From Bugula neritina (Eukaryota; Animalia; Bryozoa): a stretch of DNA of 64,000 nucleotides. How positions within the stretch are numbered: the stretch's first letter is position 1; every line of letters starts with the position of its first letter. Shown here one piece after another: positions 46,051 to 59,100 of the stretch. The notes beneath the pieces are model-generated. The model saw nothing but the letters and a program-made list of their open reading frames with translations. It was not told the DNA's origin and did no database searches. The translations under genes were made by a program, and so were the position numbers. The stretch lies in the NCBI GenBank assembly GCA_964035545.1, contig OZ037765.1:18414995-18478994 (forward strand), given 5' to 3'.

Positions 46051-48487
46051 GTGTCAAAAATCTAGAAATAAGACTATTAGTATTTAGTTTTTATCACTTT
46101 TACAACTAGTTTTTATCACTTTTACAACGGCAATATGAAATAATTTTAATATATTAACATTAAATTTAATAATTAAAGACATTCTACAACTGAGTCTGAA
46201 TGCATATTATTACTATATTAATATTAGTATAGTCTGTACCCTATGTAGATTTATGTTTTTTGGAGGTAGGAAATCGGATATAGCTGGTATGATTTTTTCA
46301 ACACAATAAATTCAGTATCAATGTGATAATGTGGTATGTAATTACATTAGAAATTACTACTGTAGTTATTAATCTAAAGTCTGTGTTAATTGATAGGAGT
46401 TCAAAATTGAAGGCAATGTAATGCTAACTATAATAATACTTATACTAGATAATACAAAAGACAAAGAATCATTTTGGAGTTCAACATTTTTATCCAATTA
46501 TCAGGGTGAAAATTCTTAAATAATCAGTTTTTCCAAACTTTTAATTAATTTTTCTATTCTACTGTTTTGAACCATGTTTAATTACCCCTTGACTTTTACT
46601 AATTTCCACATCTCATCTTTGATTCCATTCTGAACAGCTTAGCAATTTTAGACTGTTTTGTATCATTCATTCGTGTTGTACTTAGAATTCTTCTGGTTTC
46701 GGTGTGCTGTGTTAACCTACCAGTTTTCAAGCTGCAGCCAATGAATAAGTTAGAGCCGGCTCCTTTGAAACTACAAAGTAAAAATGGCTAAGAAATCTGT
46801 TTTGATATGGAAAGGGATACTTCTAGTTTGAACTGCACTACTGACTAGTTTGCTTTTTTTAAAAACATGACTAATAAGTAGACTTGGTTCTTTGCATTAT
46901 TAGATACTATTGAAACCAAGTAGAAGGGTGTAGCTTCTTTTTCCATAAGCACCAGCTGCTGAAAAACCACAAAGACTGCCACATTATTGATAAAGACTGA
47001 TTTAAAATTATTTATTGGCAAATATTTTGGTTCATTAGAAAAGATAAAAGACAATATGTGGGCACAGATTATGAGGTATTACATAACGTATGTTAGGCTA
47101 ATATTTATCCATTAATTATACTGGCATTTGCCTGTACATGAACAATTAGATGACAGTGCTAGTTCTATTCTAAAGTATTTTTATAACTACTAGTTTTAGA
47201 TGGTAAAGACATTCAGACTAACAAACTATAATAATAGTCAGAACCTTCCTACAGCTTGCATGCTATGAAAACCTACTTTTACTTTGTAAAATCAGATGAA
47301 TTAGAAAAATAGGCAATTAGTTTTTGCTTTACTTTAATTTCATTTGTACGCCAAAGAGCTGTTACATAATAATACACTTATCGGCTAGTTTCAAAACCTG
47401 ATTAGACTATGCCGTCCCAGGCCAGTCGATGAAAAATTCAATACAAGTACTGTACTCTTTGTGCTTTTGCCCGAGCTATCAAGCATTTGCATTTTCTATA
47501 AAATATTGAAATAGATTTTTTCTGCAATCCGTGTAGTGTTTTTGATTGCTCTACTTTGACAAGCTGCATCACGGCAGCTATTCATCTCTCGGAAAGTAGA
47601 GCAAACATACAGTTCAGTCAACCTGGTAAACTACCCCAATGCAGTTAGACCAAGTACTACTAGCTAGATTTTATAATCTAACATTTGAGCATACACCGAT
47701 TTTTGAAATTTATTTTGTTTCTTTTCTCTATTTCTTTATTATCTTTCCAAGTAGACAATATTTTTCCTAGTAGATGAGTGTATAACTGACTTGTCTGACA
47801 ACATAAAAGAAGGCATCATGCAGCATTTAAAATGTCTGCTGCCTTCATTTAAATGCCAATTAAGTTTATTTTGCAGCTGACTTAGCTTTATCACAGTATG
47901 CCTAGGAGTGATTATTTTGGCATCTGTAATAAAGGCGATTATATAACACCAAGTTTTTCCCTTTATACAGTCAGTCAATGGGTAATGGCAGATGTGGCTA
48001 ATGTACGCTAATTATAGGTGGTATATTATGCATTTAATATCCTTGCAGGGATCTTATTTACATGATTTTTCCCCTTGTGCTATATCCTTCCATGGCGGTG
48101 CAAACCTATAATCAAAATACTTAGCTGGCGCAGTGCTTGGTGACAGGTTTGTCATTTAAAAAATCTTAAGTAAGGAGATTGGGAGCATTTCCTCTATAAT
48201 TACCTTTTTAAAAATTCATGGCAGTATCTCCCCTTCTTAAAATTATAGCCTAAATGATTTGTTATACAAAGAGCCAGCTATAGGCTGATGGTGATGAAAC
48301 AATTTTATTTATTCAAAAGCAGACTATGAAATATAATGGGTTTTGTTGAATAATAGACATTAAGTTCTTGGAGCACCTAAGTGTTATTATAGTCTTCAAA
48401 AGAAATCTCAATTCAAAGTCAGTAATTTTCGTAATTATTCTTTGTGTGTGGAAGTTCATTTTTGTCATGAAAAGATGGGAGTGTGAG

Positions 48488-48525
48488 ATATTTTGCCAAC
48501 TTGAGATATTCAGTTGGCAAAATAT
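48488..48525. repeat. Perfect 14-bp inverted repeat with 10-nt spacer upstream of the hunchback ATG
   Basis: ATATTTTGCCAACT-tgagatattc-AGTTGGCAAAATAT. Confidence 0.85.
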
Positions 48526-48740
48526 TTAGTAACTTTTGCCGCCATTGTGTTATCTAAAAGCAACCGTTTTGTACATCCACTTACATAACTTTAGGATAGA
48601 CACTGCAATCTAATTAAGGCCAACAAAGCAACAATAGGCTGAGAACCTGCGGCTAAAACTGAAATAACTAAACTTGTCTTGAAAAGGATTTTATTTGCTT
48701 TTGTAATTGCATAGTATTTTGTGCTTTAGTACTGAGCAGA

Positions 48741-51700
48741 ATGGCTCTCTCCACTCTGAGTCCTGCCAAGCTGCTGTCGGTGGATGAATATAATGAGTCA
48801 GATCAGCAACACAAACAGGAAATTCCTTATAGCCTGTTCTCTCTCTCTTCCAAACCACGCCAGCCTGACAGCAGGCTTAATTCAGAAAACGTTGAATCGT
48901 CACCTAAGCCAGAAAATTCTTTCTCCGTGCCTGAGAATTATTCAAAACAATTGAATAATGAGAGCCATGCACCTCTCCACTCTCTTTCACTCTCAGAAAT
49001 CTGTTATGGCTCAAGAAACATGGTACCAGAAGAAAGCAACTCTTCACAGAACCAAACCGGTGATGCAAATATTGAGATGGAAAATGCATTGCCTCCTCAT
49101 AGGGATGAAGATGAAAGTGGGATGTTTGACAGTATGCTCTCTCCCATTGACATGGGTAAGAGAATGTACTGAGCTTCATCTTTGCAAACTGCACAAATGG
49201 TTATAACGAGTCTTTTATATTAATCATAGAATTAAAGCCACTTGTTAATTTTACACTTGAATGCTGTTTTTCCATTTCATTCAGTCGAATTGTATGTATG
49301 CATAGCTTGGTTATTTTCCTTCTCTACTGTTTACAGCATAAGTTGAAAATCTGATTAGCAACATTGTGGCATTAAAAATGGCTAGTAAAGAATGATGTAT
49401 GCTGGCCACCGTAGTTTCATAGCATCATACAATATCAACTAAGCATCATGGTTTTTAAGCTGCTCTATGAAGTTTAGTTAGATGGCGGCAGTTTGTTGCT
49501 AAATTTAGTGTTTAATAAAAAGTTGAATTATTAAAATAGTCGTTTGGCGTCGCTAGCTACCATGACAAAAGCTTTATAACATTCTATTTAGTTCAATTGA
49601 TTAGTTTGCATGCTTATTCTAGATGACAATTAAAAAACGGAACCCAGTTGTTTGTTTGCCAAAAACCTGTACTAGATGTCTACCAGGATATTAAACTTGC
49701 AAAAGGTTAATTTTGGCGCTTACTGTATTTTGTATAAAAGTATGCACGATACAAAATAATTTTTAAATAATTGACAAGTTTCGTACCCCATAGATGCTGG
49801 TTGTAAAATGTTCTGTTGAACATGATCAGCAAGCTGACATTTGTAGAAATGCTTTCAGACGCAAAAAGCAAGGAGGTCAATAGTAACAGTGATGACAACT
49901 CCACACCTTCAAGCTCCCCAATGACCCTTTCGTTGGAGCAAGGAGAAGCTGGTCTTTATTATTGTAAAGTTTGCAATTATAGTTGTAAGTGTATAAACTT
50001 TTTTTATTAATATTTAAACATTTATATGAACAGGAGCAGACTTGTAGTTTTCTAAATGAGTTTATACTGTAGAATTTATTATTCACATATTCACAAACTT
50101 AACTTTCCTATCGTTCTGATTACCTAAAAATGTTGATATATTTATTGATTGTTTATCCATCAAAAGATTTTAGACGGGGCAATTTCTGGAACAAGGTGAG
50201 AAATTTGTATGGCATTCTGCTTACACTAAAGAAAACAATGCAAAGCCAACTAACTAGAGAGCTTATTTGACTAGGTCACATAATTTGCTGTGCAGTGAAT
50301 GTATTCTCTTTTTCTTGCTTGGCTTCCCTGCAGGAAAAAGTGCTCAGACCACAACTTTGGAACTTAGTGGGTGGGAGCTGCTAGTTACATTTATTAAATT
50401 AGTTTTAGAGTGGCTCAAAATATTAAAATCAAACTTCTCCGGAGAAAGCGTATTATGACTAGCAACTCCTCATTCACTAACTTTTCATCAATTTCGGCTT
50501 GTTAGAGTTGTCTTTTCAACAAAATTGTGAAAAGTAAATTTCATGTTACATTTACAACAGTTATGAGCAACAAAAGTATTGGGAACTGAAAAGACAATTC
50601 TAATACTTTTTACCTGTAAGGTTATAATGACACTGGCTAATAATATTATGGTTGAGCAATATTGCATATTCAAGGATACCTATTTTCCTAGTTGCTTTGC
50701 TTGTGCTTTGTAGCATGTCCACTGTTTCGTACCCATTCATATAGTGTGCTTACTAAATTACCTGCCACAATAGCATATTATCATTTTTATATATATGCAA
50801 CATTAGCCACTGGTAGCTTTTTGTTGCTTTTGTATAGACCAATAATTAAAAGTTGATGTGATAATGGTAATATGTCCAATTATCATAAACTAGAAAGTGT
50901 TGCATACAAGATAAACTATATTTTTTACGTTAAAACACTCTTCTCTATGTTCAATTTCATTACAAAGAAATTAAGTGTTGTAAACTGTGATTTCTAGGTG
51001 CATTGAAAGAAGAGATGGAGACTCATACCAAAACACATTTCAGCCACAGGTGTGAACAATGTAACTATTCAGCCCGTACAGAAGGCAGACTGAGAAGACA
51101 CATAAAGCAGTTCCACACTGAGCAATGGCACACTGGTATATAAATATTGTTAATCATTATTTGTATATCATGTGTAGTGTCCTTTATAATAAATAGTAAA
51201 ATTTCTTAAATTTGGTTTTATTTAGTTTGCTTACTGACACTCTGCTGCCAATTTGTTCATAGCTGTTATAATATATATATATCAATTTGCAATTTCGCAT
51301 CTACTGACATTGCCACACTGCGTTTGTGTTGTCACATATTTCAACACCCATCCTTAGTGTACTCTTTAGCACTTGTTTGTCACTGTTTTTATCTTCAAGA
51401 CCATTTTAGTATCACTAGGTGCATTGCAAGTTTTATTCTGCACTGGCTGCACTCAAAAACCATGACTAAGAAACTGAGTGCATTAGCTTTACACATGCCG
51501 ACAAAAACAGTTAAAATACATTTAGCCAGGACATTATCGTAAGAACCCTCAAGCGTCAAGGTTCCATTCTCATCTACTCTCACATAATATTATAGCTATT
51601 TTTTTTTACAAACACACGGTATAAAATGTTGCTTTCTTTATACTACTAACTCTCTCCTAGAAAGGGTGAAAGAGTTTCACGGTGTAAAAGGTGTAAAAGG

Positions 51701-54700
51701 TGTAAATGGTGTGAATAGTGTGAATAAATAAACTATCTATGAGTATCTACACTAAAACATACACCCGTATGGAACTTTCATATCAAACTAGGAGGGCAGT
51801 TACATCATGTTTTCTAACTTCACAATCAGTGTAAAGGAGTAGTATCATAATATTGACAAATTATAATATAGTTGAGTATATAAACACAATGGTGTAATTT
51901 TATGTTGATAGAGACTGAGTCTGAAGCTGTCCCTTCATTGGACAATTTACTATCCAGAGCAATGAAAGATCAAATTCAAGTGGTTGATGAGCAGTTGGAG
52001 AACAAATTACAAAAGTCTGGTCGCAGAAAACACTACAAGTGTAAACACTGCACATTCATAGCAACTGAAAAAGTAATTTACTATAAAATCATAGAATTTA
52101 TTATTATCAAGCTGACATGTTTACCAACATTTGAGTTAGCATTCAAAAGCAATAACTAGCTTTTGAATACATATTTGAAATCGCCTTGTTTTAAATAGGT
52201 TACCTGTTTAAGAATTTCAATCATCAAAGCTGGCCTACTTTAAATAGGAGTTGTCATCACTACTAGTTGAACTTTCAGCCCAATCACACGAAGTAATGAT
52301 GCCATCTTTACCTCAATTGCAGGTAGAGTTGTGGAAGCATGTAAGAGGACATTTAAAGAAAGGCAAGGTGATGTCATGTCCCCTCTGTCCCTTTATAACT
52401 GAATACAAGCATCATCTTGAGTATCACATGAGAAACCATTTCAACTCTAAGCCATACAAATGCAAAGAGTGCAGCTATGCGTGCGTAAACAAGGTCAGTG
52501 GAGCTTTATACTGTATTTGGTACCTAATATTGCTACAACATTCAGCTGACAAATCAAGTATTTTTAGCGATTAAAATAGTTGTGATTTAGGATTTGAGGC
52601 GAGCATATACTCTTGAACAAAACAGTCACATTTCTTGCAAGTCTCGGAACCTATTTCCTAGTAAAATGGCCATTTCCATTTCATGTAAATCAGCAGATTC
52701 CATACCTGTATTATATTTGTTTTAGTCGATGCTGAACAGTCACATGAAATCTCACAGCGATACCTACAGCTACAGGTGTGGGTCTTGTAAATATGTTTCT
52801 AAATACACACATACTCTCAAAACGCATCTAAGAGAAAAAGCCCATGAGCCGGCTCCTGTTATTAACCCAGATGGGACATTGAATTATGATACAGACTATC
52901 TGTTATCAGAAAAGAAGTCGTCCTCTAAATCTAGACAGTCCAAGAAAATAAAGAAAGCTTCTGCTACGGATGCACCAGCTTCTGCTAATCCAAGTCCATT
53001 TGGGTAAAGCATCTTTTTTGAACAAGAAAAGCTAATTACAGTTAGGATGCCAGCTTTTGATATGCTTTTTAGTTTTCAAAATCTTTAAACTTGTAATTTA
53101 AAGCAGTACACCATTACAAGTAAAGCAGGCTCTACGACTAAGATGCTAGTTTCACATCGTCTGTAACGGTTTATTAATTTTAAAAAAATTTATCTGGAAA
53201 CAAAACAGAGCAAATTTTAAGTTTATAAATTTAGACTAGATAAGGAGACACCTTCAAAATATAGACGAAAAACAGAAAGGTAAAAAATAGTTATCATTTT
53301 TGGAGTTTTCTTTCAGAATGAAAGCTACATTGCTAATTTGACGTTCATATGCGTTGCATATTCTTGGTGTTTAAATCTACTCAATATTTTGAACTAAGTT
53401 TATTGATGTTCAATTGTTTTATAATAGAGTATAGGTCTTGTAACACAAACTTGTAATATCAACAGTTTATGAATGGCTTCAATGTGTAAACATTAGCTCA
53501 TTCACAGGCTATTTAACCGTTGTTGAGTATTACTATCTGCTTTTGACAGCTTCATAACAGTAATTGTTTTACTAGATATATTGGATTTTTACCAAAAAGT
53601 GAGATAAGATCAATTGGGTAGCTTTATATTTTTGAAAACTATTTGAATTATTACATTTATAGAGCTGAAAATGTAGTCTCAGAAGGGAGTGCATACCTAC
53701 TCCTGTCTATATTTTCCTATGCACAAGTGTGCTTTACATGTTATTAGTTTTTGGTAACAAAACATGAAAACTAATAAATTTTTTCAAGTTTTAGAGGCAT
53801 AACATATTATAATCCTGTAACAAGACTGTGTGTTGATATAAACTGCTGCTCAAGATTTCAGGACAATAATCTGAAAACAGCTTTAATAAAAACATGCTCA
53901 AGATCTATATAATGTGAATTTATATATGTAAGTGTCTTAAAATAATTTAACTTTAAATCCTTTCTTGCAGACCACATGTAAGGATGTCAACACCGGCTCC
54001 TACCTCTATGCTACCATTCTGGGCTACATCATTTGGAGGAGAAATGAGATCAGCACCTCCCCCACTCTTGCCCACTAATATGACTGGGTTTTACCCAAAT
54101 CTCATGACACCCATTGGGCAACCACAACCCGCCTCTAACCAGGAACAGAAGGGCTCTCTCTTCTCGCACCCAGTCAAATGTGAGCAGTGCGAATTTATGG
54201 CCAAGTCTAACGAAGATCTGAAGAATCATGTAACTTTGGTAAGGGCGGTTTAAACTTGAGGTTGATTTTCGCTTTACCATATTTCTAAATATTACATCAG
54301 TAACCCAAATGGCATAACTTTTCACTGATTACAAAACTTATATTTTATAGTGTCATGGAGCACCTGGCAAGCTCTTTAGTAACATGTTCAATGGATTTGG
54401 GTCCAATAGACCGATCTTGCCATTTCCATTTGTTCCTGGAGGACCATGGAATGGTGGTATGATGAGGCCAGCAACCTCTCACCAGTTTCCATTCTCTCCC
54501 ATGAACCCAGCACAGCGCATGATGTTAGGTAAATTTCTAATATGTTCTAAAATCTAGTGTATCATGAATGCATGCAGACAAGAACAACAAGGGCACAAAA
54601 AAACCTTGTATGCTTTAGGCTCTCCCAACTTGCAACATTTCCATCAAAGCCAACCACCTACAGATATCAAGCCAGTGTTCACACCACCTAGCAGCTCATT

Positions 54701-55744
54701 ACCCAATCAAACTAGTGTGTCTGAAGCACCCTTGAACCTAAGCAAATCAGAGAAAGATCCAGAACCACCAGTACTTGATACCCGGAGAAGATCTAGGAAG
54801 GGAAAAGCGTCCAAAATTGATGCTCTGTGTTTAAAATTACAAGAAAAAGCTGGAGGCGCTGACAGAGATAGTGGAGATGAGGCAATGTTTAACCAGCATA
54901 CTGATTCATTTAGTGAGCAGGTTGAAGAAAGTGAAAATACACTTCCTCTTGCTTTGGTTGATGCATCAAACACTAATGATGGCCATGAAAAGGATGAACT
55001 TTCAGATCTAAGCAAACAGATTCAAGAATCTAACAATAATGAGTTACATGACAGGTAAGTTTCTTGTTTGTTTACAAATTAGGGATATAATACAATGTTA
55101 TAGATACTGCCCAGTACAGGTCACTAGAGAGCAATGGCATTAGTTGTTGTGGTGTGTCAATCAACAGCTTCAGTTGGTATTTTTGCTTTTCATATTGATA
55201 TTACTACTTATGACATTTTTCAAAATTCTTTACCCAACAGAAACATTCATTTCGGTGCAGTACTGGCAAAATTTCGTTAGCCTACATTATTTATGAAATT
55301 TTGTGTTTGATTGAAAATCTAGTGAGAAAATGACTTCTTTTGCTACATTCATATTCTAAACACATACTTTTCTTTTCCTTACTTACTGCACTTAATTCAA
55401 AAATGTAAATGAATGTATCCAATAAGTTAGAATGACAAAGCAGAACCAGGAATTTACAAAAGCTCTCATGCATTTTTAGGAATGAGTCTCAAATGGAATT
55501 AGCAGATGCAGAAGGTAATAACAACAATGAAGTCAGCAATGAAGATGAGCTAAATCTGAAGCCCAAGAACAAAAAACAATATACATGTGTTCATTGTGAG
55601 ATGACCTTCTCCAACGACGCCATGTATGTTATCCACATGGGCTACCACGGTTACCAGAATCCTTTCGTGTGCAACATCTGTGGAACAGAAACTGAGGACA
55701 AAGTATCATTCTTTTGCCATATTGCCAGGGCCTCACACCCGTGA
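48741..55744 (+). CDS. hb: Hunchback C2H2 zinc-finger transcription factor, 9 fingers, 10 coding exons, about 815 aa
   Basis: Exons 48741-49155, 49847 (or 49859)-49984, 50998-51135, 51912-52072, 52323-52493, 52726-53003, 53971-54238, 54351-54528, 54619-55054 and 55480-55744. Diagnostic [57 protein letters not shown] and the C-terminal [20 protein letters not shown]...[10 protein letters not shown]. Confidence 0.95.
51647..51802. mobile_element. Possible small non-autonomous DNA element in hunchback intron 3
   Basis: Imperfect terminal inverted repeats TAACTCTCTCCTAG / CTAGGAGGGCAGTTA enclosing about five GGTGTAAAA-like 9-bp repeats. Confidence 0.45.
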
Positions 55745-56191
55745 AATCAAAAACTGTACCAACATTTACTTAGTAACCTCTTTTAATGCTGTATTTTTAG
55801 TAAGATTATTCTATTTGCAAGTTCATTTGGTCATTGTAGTGTAAATCAGTCTTTCACACCAGTATTATGTGAATAATTTGTGCATACATTATTTGTAGTG
55901 GTTTTTTTTTCCATTTTTGTTGTAGTGTAAAATAAAATTTTATGCGTCAACTTGTGCTAACATCAGGGTAAGAACACCACCGTGCATAATTGAAAATTCT
56001 AGAAATAAGTTAAAGCAAATTGGTCTTGATATATTTATTGGTGACTGTAATATATTATGTACTAAATATATACAAAATTATACGTGGCATAAAATAAAAC
56101 ATTGTTTTTATATTATATTACTTTTACATGATTATATACATTTAAATTTATATACACACATGCAAATTTTTGCTAACTCTTTATTGAAGGT

Positions 56192-59100
56192 TTATGGGCT
56201 CTGATGCTGTGTGCTATACTCCGTAAACAATGGGTCAGTCAGAACCATCTGAATAGCAGAATAATAGTCTGAACATCTGTCACAAAAGTTCATTAAATCC
56301 TTTTTAAACGTTGTCACACTGGGTTTTGACCCACGCTTTCCAGGGAAAGTCTTAGTCTTGAGTATTTTGTCAGCAAGGTACTTCATCCAATAAACATTAG
56401 TCACACTATGAAACATTCGCCAGTTGTTTCTAAAACAGCAAAACACATCCAGAACACCATTTAATCAATTATACAAGTCAGGACTTTTTAGACTTTGTAC
56501 ATGGAATAGGTTTCTAGTCTAATGAGAATAAGTGCTTCTCTATATTAATGAACATTCTATCATATGGTTGGCTATTTGCTAACCCAGTTATAGAAATCAG
56601 GTTAGCAGACTTGTACAGTTGGCAGTTTAAAAAAACTCTAAGCAGCGAAGTTGTTTTTCTCAAAAAAACTGCTTGTAACCAAAACTGAAAATATAATAAA
56701 AGCTGGAAAATTCAGTTGGCTGAAAATCGAACTGCATGAGCTAAATGAACAAAATGTATAAAACATTACAAATTCTCCTGCTGCTAAGATTATTAGCTCT
56801 AACTTTACCAGCTCATCACACATTTTTATTAATTGCCAATAAATATTCGGGCATGAAGAATCGGTTTTCTAAAACATGTAAATATGTGCTGCTTTCTTTC
56901 GTAGAGCAGGTTTTTCCTAAAATTGAAAATAACTCTCACCTAACTTTAATAGTTATGATATCAAAATTATATATCTTGAAGGCTTCAACAAAATAATACC
57001 GGCACTATCATATGTGATAAAGTTACCAAACCCTTTGGTCAACTTTTTATACAATTATTAAAAAAAACACAATTTCTATAAGAACTTTGTATTATGAAAA
57101 TATCAAATAGTCCAGTCACTGGGATAATTCAAGCAAGCACAACACTATAAACAAATATATACTTTTTAGACACAAGATGCATGACTTGAGCAGATAATTT
57201 GTCAATTTATCAAATGTTACAAAAAAGACAAACTGATTACCCAGTAGCAGCTTTCATTTGGCGATACACATCAAACTGGTAGTCTCCATATCCCTGGAAC
57301 AACGTCTCATCCTCGGAGAGATCACAAAATATAACATCTTCACCTACAACCAACCCACTCTATAAACTCGCATTGTCAGCTTTCAACTCCATGTCTAGTA
57401 AAAATGGCACAAATGGAAAAGTAGGTAGAATTGGCACATTTTCAATATTGGGGATGGGGGTTTGGGTTCAGGTAAAGTTAACATCAGTGTACCATTTTTA
57501 CCTACCTTTCCATTTGTGCAATTATTACTTGTGCCATTTTTACTTAAAATCTTCAGCTTATATCTGGGTATCTCACTAAATGCAGCAAACAACAACAACG
57601 GAACAAATGAATCCGACAATAAATCAATTCATTAAATAAACAGAATATAATAAACAAAATCCTTACCTTTGAGCATCCTGGACAGAGTGAAGTCTATAAT
57701 GTTGACCTTGATGCTGGCTGTGCTGATTGAGTATTTACTACCACAAGATCTAAACTGGTACTCCTGGCTCGGAGGGTTACCCTGCGAAGATATTAGAATG
57801 TTGCTCCAGTGTAAGTCACGATGCTCAAACTGATAGGCATCTTCGGCAACAGCTAGAGTCCAGCCTGTCTGTAGGAGGCAGCTTAATCCTTCGGCAGCAC
57901 TTCCAAACTAGTAACCATAACATAACAGGTTAGTTTAGGTTAAGCAGCCAAGGTTCTGCAGTGTATAACCTAAGAATGGGCATCATTGTTGTCAATTTAC
58001 TATAAATTATAAATGTAAAAGAAACAGCAAACACTCAATAGATCATTTCAAGAGAACTAATTCTATACTTAAGACCACATATTATTATGCAACTACCAAG
58101 AAGGGGTATAGTTCAACAAGTGCTTTAAGAGGTGGTAAAACACTTGAGTGCAAATTAGCAAAGCAAAGCTAGAAAATATCAAAATTTTAATTTTAGTGTT
58201 ATTTGTCTAAAGATTGAAATTTTATTTTCTGTATTTCAATAACAATCCCTTGCAGCTGTCATATTTTACAAAATATTTTGCTAGAATTTCAAACCATGAG
58301 CTAAATCATATCATAATCCTACATATTATATGTTATGTCAGTGCCATGTTAATATTACAGTTGAGCAAAGGCAGTTTCAACTGTATTCAGACAAAGAAAT
58401 GTAACAATCTTTATTACTTGAACTCATTTGTTTACTTAACCTGCTCCAAGTTACATTTCAGCCATTAATTTATAATTCAAGTCAATGTCTGATGCACCAA
58501 CACCCTCAACTATTTGTTCACTAATTTCAATTTGTTTAGTAGACCTTCAACTGATAATAATGGTTTCCCATTAATATTTCTTCTTTAATAAAGAAAACAA
58601 CATGAATTTGTCTACACAGAGTCAGAGTTTGCTGTTCAAGCTTTTTTGTCAATATTGTCTAGATGTGCCTAAAGACCAGTATGCAAACACACCAAACAAC
58701 TGTTGGGCTAGAAAGGCGATGTGGTGTAAAAGAAGTCAATTATATGAATAGTGTACCTTATAAGACTCCAGGGGTTCCCCACCATCGGAAAATTCAAACA
58801 CTGTATAGTGCTGGTCTGTAGAAAAATATTCTAAAAACAAAAAAGTTATTTATGGCTTTATACAAACACTTGAAGTAAATTGCCACAGTTTTTCGCCCTG
58901 TACATATAACAAATTATAAGCAAAAATAATTAAAATAATGCTATAACAAAGTTTAAGTTACAGCTGATACCAAGACATATAACATACCATGGGATTGATT
59001 CTGCAAAACTCTAGTAATGAAATTGATTGACGTGGTGAATTTCTATGCAATGAAACAGTGTTAGATTAAAACTAAATTCAAAGTGATTATGTGAAGATGA

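Noticed and set aside
46086-46128. 22-bp tandem duplication TAGTTTTTATCACTTTTACAAC
   Set aside because: Ordinary slippage duplication with no evident function.
45341-47480. CCGAGCTATC repeated at 45341 and 47471 upstream of hb
   Set aside because: Repeated 10-mers are expected by chance in 14 kb.
55745-56190. let-7 site in the hunchback 3' UTR, as in C. elegans hbl-1
   Set aside because: No CTACCTC match; only TAACCTC near 55773.
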